Assembly: GCF_000150275.1 (NCBI RefSeq)
Contig: NW_002060960.1
Coordinates: 758,469-822,468 of the forward strand
Direction of reading: 5' to 3'
Source of the DNA: Trichoplax adhaerens
Lineage: Eukaryota; Animalia; Placozoa
Length of the DNA: 64,000 nt
The notes beneath the pieces were generated by a model. The model was not told the origin of the DNA, did not search any database, and worked only from the letters and a program-made list of their open reading frames with translations. The translations under genes and the position numbers were made by a program. Below, piece by piece: positions 54,843 to 64,000 of the stretch (position 1 is the stretch's first letter; the number at the start of each line of letters is the position of its first letter).

Positions 54843-56096
54843 ATGAATATCACACCGGTATCCAATCTAGTTTCTGTTAATGACACACAAGGTAATCTTA
54901 GTCGATCGGATAGCTCTAATACATACTACGCGATTACTACTGTTATGATAACTTTAATTAATGTATTTGGAATGTTTGGAAATTGTTCAATCATTCTTAT
55001 TATTCGAAAAAAAAAAGAGCTACATACATTACCTTACTTTCAGATTAGTCACTTATCCATTGCAAGTGCAATTTTTTTCTTCACGTCGTTTATATTTCAA
55101 ATTATCAATCGACATTATACAAGTTTGTCAAAATCTTATCAAAATGTGTCGTTCTCTACAAATTATAATTTGAGTGAGAACTCTACCTACTTGCATAACG
55201 TCTCCAATTTAAGTGTTGCATCGTATACGAGTATACCATATTGTCAAGTTTGTGTCTCCATTCTTCTTATTTCTACCAATGTCATTACTTTTATATTAAC
55301 CTTGATTAGCGTTGGACATTATCGAGCTGTCATTTCAATGCAAAAGCAATGCATGACATGGCGAAAATTATATATCATAATCAGTATGATGTGGTTATCC
55401 GCTACTGCAATTTGTTTGCCTTATACAATTTTAGTCATAAGCACGAACACTCGTAATAAAATTATTATATGTGAATTCAGCACTTTTGAAAGTTTGCAGT
55501 CTTTTATTTCTGCTTACACTTATACTCATGTTATATTATGCTTTATCTTACCTTGTATTATCATCTGTTATTGTTATGCAAGAATTATGTTTAAATTGTA
55601 TCGTCAGCATAAAAATCGAATTGAAATTGTATCACCAGGTCGACGTGCAACTTCACAATTTCATTATTATGATCGGCGACAGAAATCAATCGTTCGAACA
55701 TTTGCAATCACAACGATACTCTATATTTTATGTGTATCTCCATATTCGGCATCATTTTTGTTGATAACTTTTCCAAAACCTACTGCTGAAAATACGGATG
55801 TAACCAGTAACTTTACAACTGCAGGATGGTTTTCATCACAGACAAGTACAAATTTATCACTATTGAATAGATCGGCAATATTCAAAGCAATAGGAAAGGA
55901 AAGTGAATCGGGAGCAAGTGATGGGATATTTTTTGCGATGGGTTGCATTTTCCTTTCTATTTTATTTGCTTGCATGCCAATTATGTATGCTCGTTCGCAC
56001 ATCAAATTGAGGAAAATTGTATTAAAAATGGTAAGATATCCATGCCAAGTTGGGCGAACAAAGCAATTGAGGGTAGCTGAATTTCGTCAGATGTGA
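54843..56096 (+). CDS. Intronless rhodopsin-class orphan GPCR, 417 aa
   Basis: Seven TM segments; GN in TM1 (GMFGNC); C3.25; W4.50; FILP...CYARI in TM5; CVSP in TM6; PIMY in TM7; N-terminal sequons. Confidence 0.92.
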   Translation: MNITPVSNLVSVNDTQGNLSRSDSSNTYYAITTVMITLINVFGMFGNCSIILIIRKKKELHTLPYFQISHLSIASAIFFFTSFIFQIINRHYTSLSKSYQNVSFSTNYNLSENSTYLHNVSNLSVASYTSIPYCQVCVSILLISTNVITFILTLISVGHYRAVISMQKQCMTWRKLYIIISMMWLSATAICLPYTILVISTNTRNKIIICEFSTFESLQSFISAYTYTHVILCFILPCIIICYCYARIMFKLYRQHKNRIEIVSPGRRATSQFHYYDRRQKSIVRTFAITTILYILCVSPYSASFLLITFPKPTAENTDVTSNFTTAGWFSSQTSTNLSLLNRSAIFKAIGKESESGASDGIFFAMGCIFLSILFACMPIMYARSHIKLRKIVLKMVRYPCQVGRTKQLRVAEFRQM

Positions 56097-57402
56097 ATTG
56101 GAAAGTCAAAGCTAACTAACAAGTATTTACTATCAATTTGGATTGTCTTTAATTGAATTGGCTATTTCCTATCACTTTCGTGAAGACATTTACAGGTCAA
56201 TATAAATTGAAAGGTTTTCATTCGACCAATGCAGTGCACGAGTAAAGTCCATCACAAAAATAAAGCGAAATCAAATGGAAACATTTAAACATTAATGTTA
56301 TGACCGTCATTTCTTTTCTCAATAATACGTAATGCCAAAATTGAAAATTGTTTATGTTTGAATAGATATGTTGGCAATGGGTAAATAGAGGGTATTTTTA
56401 TTTAATTTTGTAATTGTGTCGTCAGCCTTATTTCTCTTACCTGATCTTGCTTTAATTCGAAGTTCATGTAATTGTAAAAAGTATCTTAAACTCTCGTAAT
56501 GGTCATGATTTATTATGATTAAAATTTCTTGGCTGCATCACGCAAGGCCAGTGATGTTATGATACCATTATCTTCTATTCCATCGTGGCCATAATTTATT
56601 ATAGCTGAGATTATTCCAGTACATTAGATAATGCCAGTGGCATTATCCTATAATTAAAGTATAAAAACGATACGATTCTCAAAACCAGCCTAATTCCTGA
56701 ACTTAATGCATCATGTAATCGAAAACATGCTCATGTAAAGCTCCCTTACTTATAGAAGTTGTAAGATGTCGATGTGATACTTTCCTGTAATAAAATTAAT
56801 GCAATCCAAATGTGATTTCAATAGCAAATAAATTGTCCATTTTAACAGCTTCCTCGTGATATTCTTCTGTTTACTATATTTATATTTTGAATCTATCTTA
56901 ATTTTCTACTACATTACTTTATGCAGCGTTGTTAGATCTTCAGATCTAGGTAATTGCTGGCACATGCATGCTCTAAGTATATTGAATTATAGCAGATAAG
57001 CAATGTATGATTATCGTTGTCAGTTTTATGCAGAATTTTTATTCATTAAATATGACAATAACGTAAAAAAGTGTGCATAATGAGAACGAATTAGCCATTA
57101 AATTAAGTTGTACAATATTTTGTGATTAAATGGCTAAGTAATTTGCGTCTTTAAATTAAATAGTAATCTTAAAATACCTAGTATTAAATGTATAAATTTC
57201 GAATAAATTGCTGTATTAACGCTGTTCATCAATTAATTCGGTAAAATAGTATTTGCTCTTGTCAAGGAGTAGATCATGCAAATAATAACCACGTTAATTT
57301 TAGAGTACGAATTGACCTAATTAGCGATGTTTTTATGTCATTTAATCCGTCTCAGCCCATTGTATGTAATAATTTGAATTGGCTATCTAACAAATTACTG
57401 AA

Positions 57403-60400
57403 TTAAATTTGATCAATGTTTAATGCTTCATCAATTTTCTTAAAAGATTTCATGACATCTTCTCTAAAAGCCATGAATTGTTCTGTTAAAAATTCAATTC
57501 TAAAAAATTTAAAAATACGATGTTGAATTTGAATCCAAAGATTATTTAAGATATGATTCAATGTCCTTTATTGTTTGCAACTTCTTATCTTGTTAATAAA
57601 TTATGCTTTAACAGAATAAATTGATTTAGAATTTAAAGCGTGCAAGTACCTGGCACTAATAATAACTAAACTTAAGAAACCTCGCACCTTTTTTCTTGAT
57701 TGCCTATTCGTTCAATTGCTGATACAAATTTGGGATCCGCTGATGTAATATCAGATTTATTAATAGCACTGGTAGACTCCATGTTCTTATTATCGGCCTA
57801 AAGCGATAACATATACGTATTTCTGTGAGTTTATAGCTCGACTGGTTTAACTAATGGCCCACAGTATTTGCACCATTATTTCTAGTAGAGTCTAAACTAA
57901 GCAATAATGAGGACAAATCGTATTTTCGTCATATTTACCTGGTTCAGTTTTTTGGTATATTTGTCCGTGTGGCCTCGCTTATAAAAACGATTTCTAAATC
58001 TTAACGGCAATGTCCTTTCGAGATCATCCAAATATTCTACGCGCGATGATAACAATCGAAATCCTGCTTCTCGCCTTACTTTATCAATATCACCGACAGC
58101 TAGACCAACCTATTAAAGATAATTAAATATGTACGTTACCTGTGATTTCAACTTCTTAAAGCAGAATCGTCATCATAAATTTACCATTAAATTCGTAAGG
58201 ACGATAGGCATCAAAAATATAAATATCACAATCATTACTAATGCTGTAACGCTTTTAGGAAGCGGAATTTTATTTTTTTGGATCTGGCTCATCCAGGAAT
58301 CAGTATATTCCATTTCACCAATCATCATGTTAAGGACTGTAACTGTGCTAATGGGGATACTGTAATAGGTCGACTGAAGGATATATGAACAATAAACAGG
58401 CAATTAGTGATGTAAGAATATAATCAATGACATAAAATATCGATACACATACTGAAATTCAATCTAAATATGACTTATAATAATTATGTTGAGTCTGTAT
58501 GTATTAATGCAAACTTGTGTTGGATTTAATGTGTAGAAGCTAATCCCGAATGCCAAGGCCAGTATAAAGACGATTCCCGATATCTGAAATTTGTAAGTGA
58601 AGAATCGGTTATAATATCTAGATACATTTATACTTGACTAAAATTAACACTAGCTTTCTAACTAACAACAATAGATTTAAAAGTTAAGTAGGAGGAACTT
58701 GTCTAAATAATTGGATTCAAATATCATAATTAAAAAATTCAGATGAGAAACAAACTTTTAATACAGTCGCCATGACGGATTGTAGCATTAATATGTAGAT
58801 GCCAATGAAATCTAATCTGAATTGTTATGAAAATATTATTTTACCAAAAGAGATCTATTTTATATTGAAATGGGGAAAAAATTAATCATACCTTTCCATA
58901 TGGAATAATAAATTGACATAGGCTAAAAATATCAGTATAGTATAGATATTGAGGACATTTTCATAGTTTGCGATGTTTGTAGCTGCCAGAAGCAATGAAT
59001 AAAGGGCGATATCCAAGTAATTTGAAAACGACTTGAAATAATTTAGTCTCTGAAATAGTAAGAAATAACAACATGGCCAATTCATCACCTACCGTATGTT
59101 TTAAAAATATTAAACTATGTTGAAGATAGTAAGGTGGATAACTATTTTATTGTTGCGATATGATGCGATAGGTTATAGTTCAAGCAATTTATCAGCAACA
59201 AGTTTATTATAATCAGATAGGAGTTTTCGAAAAAAGTGCTTGTTCTAAAACATAGGAGATCAATGTGCGGTATTGTATTTATCGTACACCACTATTTACA
59301 TGAAACGTTACACTTCTATTAATGTCGAAAATTATAAGATGTTGGGCATCTTCACAAATACAGAACATCAATTTGCATAGACTTTGTAATTACTTAACGA
59401 CTACTATTGCTTATTCACAATAGCTAATATTGCGAATCAGCAATCTACTATTGTTAGCAAAGCTATAGGATCTATTATTAAATAACAAATTATATTAACT
59501 AAAGTGTTAGCGGCAATTCACAAAATCAGGCATTTTGCTGAATACCTAAAGCATTTCAGGTATTTTGCAAAGTAATTGATTTGGCAAATTGCCGTTAAAT
59601 GATATATGACTACAGTAATACTTAAACAGCTAAACTATTTATAAACCGTACATCTAATATAACTGAGAATGTTTATTCTATACGAAAAATATGGAATATC
59701 CTTCATTTCCGTTATTGAAAGCTATCTTATAATATAATTTTTTACTTTTTTTACCTGATGAAATAACTGGTAAGCTTCTAATACCACATTTATGTATGCA
59801 AATACCGTCATACATGTTTCCATGAATGCATAAATTGGTGTATCCTAAACGATTAATTTACGGCAAATAATGTGATTCTGATTATAATTGTAGTTGCGAT
59901 ATTATTAAATTTATGGGAACAGAAAGGATGAAACTTTGGATTTACATACTATTAGCGTAGCTTTCAGCAGTATTTTAACACAATGCAACTTACAAAAATC
60001 GCATAATATTTCTTCGGAGAGTCTGGAAGTGGCTCATATGTTGTTACCAAATCGCTTTGTGTAGTTGGTGGAGCATCAGTCTTGCTAATTGATGCAGATG
60101 GTTGATTAGTGCTAGATACTACTTGAGAAGGTGTAATATTAGGATCACTTAACGCCTTTCCTTGACGTTTACGCGCCATTAGTGATGAATCGATTGAATG
60201 AGATATCGATGGACGAATGAGGTTGGTATCTGATCCTTTAGAAGGCTGAAGATGATTATCAGAAATCGATGAAGATAGCCAATCAGGTGCAAAAACTGAC
60301 ACTAAAATAAAAAAATGTCAAATGACGTAAATTAATTGATGGAGATTTATTGAATCGGACATCTTCTCTTCGCATAACGCCCGACATTATGTTGATAACT

Positions 60401-63400
60401 TATGTGGAATACCTACCGGAATAAAGGTCTTGGCTGTACGAAGCATCTACCGTAGGTGTAACCGTATAGACTGTACTAGATATACCAGTTCCAGGCTTTA
60501 ATCCTAGACCACGAATTGCTTCTCTTGGCATATAGTATACTCTATAGTCTTCGGCAATAATTCCATAACATGATAGGCAAATTAAAAAGATTAGATATAC
60601 ACCGAGGTTGATGTAGTAGAAGTATTGGCCAAATTTTCGCCTAGGATTTGCAAAAGAGGGTAATCGATCAGGATTCTTTTAGAAAGTGACATAACTACTG
60701 TTATGTTACTGTAGTGCAGCCCCAAATATAGCTTAGATTATTATTATAAGACTGTACGAGAATAACTTAACTTGTAAGCTAGAGTGTAAGATTGTGTAAG
60801 AGTCTATTGCGATTTAATGGGTAAGATAAGATTTGTTACAGTAAAAGCATTCTGTAACTAATCGTATATAAATCGTGAATTTTGCTGTAATAAGTAGATT
60901 GTCAGATAGTCAGATAGTCCTTGGTAAGTTAGACGAACCTAACTTCTGTAATAAAGTGAAATTTGCAAGAAACTGTAGTTCTTGATTTATTGTTTTGAAG
61001 ATCATTTTATCACAGTTACATTAGCTACGAGCTATGTATCCGTTTACAAAATGTTTCAATAAAATTGAATATAGTATATTCTTAATTTATATGGTATATC
61101 TATTATATGAGAACTTTTTAGTAACCATTTATTATAAAATTCATGATAGCTTCCTAAATGGATTTCTAGTTTCAAAAATTGATTAGTTTATAATCATAGT
61201 TCACTTCACCTACCACTTTAATTCTCGTAATTTTTCTGCCAACGGATGTCTTAATAGACCTACATTTTTATATTCCATCATGGTCTAAGCGATAAAATTT
61301 AGATATTAATTCCTTCTTCGATGAAATAAATGAATTTGATTTACTGTAACTCTAAAGAGGGAAATTATTTACTCTTACTGCAATGCTTACAAAGAAGTAT
61401 AGGGTTAAATAATACTGAACACATGTTGCGATCAATTTTGTTATTTCATTTCGAAGATTATTTTAAATGTTTCAAATTTATTAGAATTTCAGAATCGATA
61501 TGATTTATTCAATGCGTACCGAAAAATTATTTGGTAATCTTAGCAATAATAAATGCTTACAGTTAACGCGTTATTATTATTTCTCTTTTTTAAATGCTGT
61601 CCCTGTAATTCAAATTCAGGTCCAGGGTCTACCAAACTGAAATCATAGGATGTTTCCATTTGCTAGGATATAAATAAAATATTACACGACATAGTTAGCA
61701 TATCTAGCAATTAATATCGTGTATTTCTTACGATTTAATTTCTAATTTGGTCTCTGATATTAAACCTGACATATTACTTTTGCCATTCCAATTTAAATTT
61801 TCGAAAGACCAAAGTAATTTATTAAAATATTTTGAATTCAATTTTACGCCATGCAGACTCAAATCGTATACGTTAATTTTAATTATAATATTTCGAAATG
61901 GATTAAATAACGCTTCAATTTAACAGTGATGGTTAACTACCTTTTCAACGCCATTCTTTGTTCTGACTATATCTCTAACGTGAGTTTCAATGCATGAATC
62001 CATGACTATCTAAGTAATATGAATCAGTGCACAAAAACATTTCAAACATTAAAAAAATTTTAAATTTATAGTTACCTTTCGGGAGCCTTAACTATTAATA
62101 TTTTGAGCTATTACCTTGGCTACACTAGGTAAGTGTCTTATCATGTACTGCATAGTAGTTATCCCGTCTTTATTTACATTTAAGAGTAATTGTCGTCCAC
62201 TATAATCAAAGTAGATCGAAAATATGAATGTTATGTAGGTGAACAATTTAATTATAGAGAATTTAAAAAGAGATTTTGCTTCTTCGAACAATAATATCGA
62301 AGGCAGTTATTAATTGAGACTGTAATCTCTATAATTGCGATTTATACCTGTACTACCTAAAATAGGTATAGAATGAAGAAGTAATCATAATTTTATGCTC
62401 ATTGCTTACTATTTATGCTTGAAAAGGATTATAGCAACCATTTCTTGTCTATGTTCTATGGCGTAATCTAAACTGGTCTTCTTATTTTCATCAGTTGCTA
62501 AAGTATCCGCACCATAATCTACAAGTAGCTTTGCTATTTCATGAAATCCTCTGGCGGCGGCTGTATGCAATATCGTTTCCTATAACATTTTTTGGCATCA
62601 TAACGCATGAAAATAGTAATTGATAATAAGGGTCATGAAAAAAAAGTAAATTGCGAACAATTTTGAAAGTCTTACTCATTAACTATTAAATTAGAAATAG
62701 AAAATAATGTAAGGCCATTATCTTAACATAATCAATCTAATAAAAGTGTTATCTTATACTAAGAACAATGATTCCTACCCCTTTAGAATTTGCGATATTT
62801 GGAGAAATGCCATGATTTAATAACAGCTCAACAATACTTGTGTAGCCCTTATTGACCGCAATTTCAATCGGCGTGATATAACTGCCGTCCCTAATCGCAA
62901 GCAATATATGGTGCTTAATTAATCGTTGAAGAACGCGAAATGACAATTGCCTACGATGAATGATCACTCATACTTCTGCAGTACTGTACAATAAATTTAA
63001 GTTAATGGCTAATAATTATACTTGAATCTTCATATCGGCTATATGGAAAATTAGAAATATTGGCAGAAAAAATGAGGGCGAGCTTACCGTTTCGCAGCAT
63101 CAGCACCATAATTCAGCAAATACTGAATCGCCTCAAGATGACCACTTATCACAGCAACGTGCAAAGGCGTTCGTGATCTATCACCAATGCTGTTGATTAA
63201 AGAGGGCCCATTTTGGCATATTACTTGAATTGATTGAAGACTGCCACTTCTGAAGTAAATAGAAATACAGAAATATTCTAATAGAGTAAATCATATACTC
63301 TTAATTATTATTTCTTGTAAATGATCAGTTTTTGCGATATTAAATCGTTTTAAATTTTAGAAAGAGTTTCTGGTAATTTGATTATTTGAGTTAAGATTTA

Positions 63401-63607
63401 GGAGTAAAATTTGCATGACAAGTTAGAATAATTTTTTTCTGACGTAGTTAAATCAGTCAGGCAATAAGCAGTCTCTCATTTACTATGATGTGCTAGCTCT
63501 CATCTTTCTCTTATCAAAGCATACCTGCAGGCTAAATGTAACGGGCTGTTATCATCATCATCGACGACGTCGAGATTACCGCCTCGCGAAATTAAGAGCC
63601 TTAATAC
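57403..63607 (-). CDS. TRPA-family (TRPA1-like) ankyrin-repeat cation channel, at least 776 aa; 5' end unresolved
   Basis: Eighteen phase-consistent exons: 63607-63525, 63249-63088, 62890-62779, 62579-62410, 62199-62115, 62009-61941, 61662-61561, 61284-61214, 60640-60417, 60301-59994, 59844-59755, 59049-58892, 58816-58756, 58583-58515, 58373-58185, 58109-57939, 57797-57688, 57499-57403. Ankyrin repeats (SPLHLAC, TPLHVAV, TILHTAA), LLRHPLAEKLRELKW, six TM segments, pore MMIGEMEY, S6/TRP-like PIVLTNLMVGLAVGDI, and a C-terminal coiled coil. Confidence 0.93.
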
Positions 63608-64000
63608 CTACTTATTGAAAATGTAATGAACTTTCTCAAGACCAGGATAATTTGTCATGTATTACCAGAATTTCTTAGTGTGTAATGGCTAAATAAATCG
63701 TGCTAGTCATACTAAAACGTATTACGGATATTAAAATCAGCCTTGATTGCTATTGCAAAATCTGGAGTGATCAGATGGCCTGTTCGCTGTAAAGCGTTAT
63801 CATCAAGGCCAGCATACATAAAATTTATAATCTAGCCGCTATTTATATCACATTAGAACAGCAATGTTAACGTTAAATATAAAAGTACATCTATATGGTA
63901 ACTTAAAGGGCCACATTCACCGAATTATATGCACCTATGATACAAAATGTAATCAAAAACTGAGCGTATACAGAATCTAGAACCTCATAACTTCCGGATT

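Noticed and set aside
54961-56005. Alternative-frame and antisense ORFs within the GPCR
   Set aside because: Shadows of the real 417-aa frame.
60165-60182. Canonical furin site in the TRPA loop
   Set aside because: ARKR lacks the P4 Arg of R-X-K/R-R, so it is reported only as a dibasic site.

Overview
This is AT-rich, intron-containing animal genomic DNA with one assembly gap (N run at 18652-19329). The short GT-AG introns, expanded 42-aa TPR genes and intronless divergent GPCRs suggest a placozoan (Trichoplax-like); this is inference only. Gene models were built by hand from splice sites and exon phases. They are: a 42-aa-repeat TPR protein (- strand); a signal peptide-2xCUB-TM-PPxY type I receptor running into the gap (+); a ~2.6 kb decayed TPR-array pseudogene (+); two intronless rhodopsin-class GPCRs with non-canonical motifs (+); UBC9/UBE2I (-) head-to-head with RINT1 (+); and a TRPA-family ankyrin channel (-) whose 5' end is unresolved. 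The most notable observations are three. (1) The TRPA-like channel carries an obligatory ~150-aa Ser/Thr/Pro-rich extracellular S1-S2 insert and lacks the main electrophile-sensing cysteines. (2) Dense palindromic TGTACA/AGTACT (TACAG/CTGTA) arrays cluster upstream of gene starts, a candidate lineage-specific promoter element. (3) The apparent gene deserts contain decayed LRR exons.
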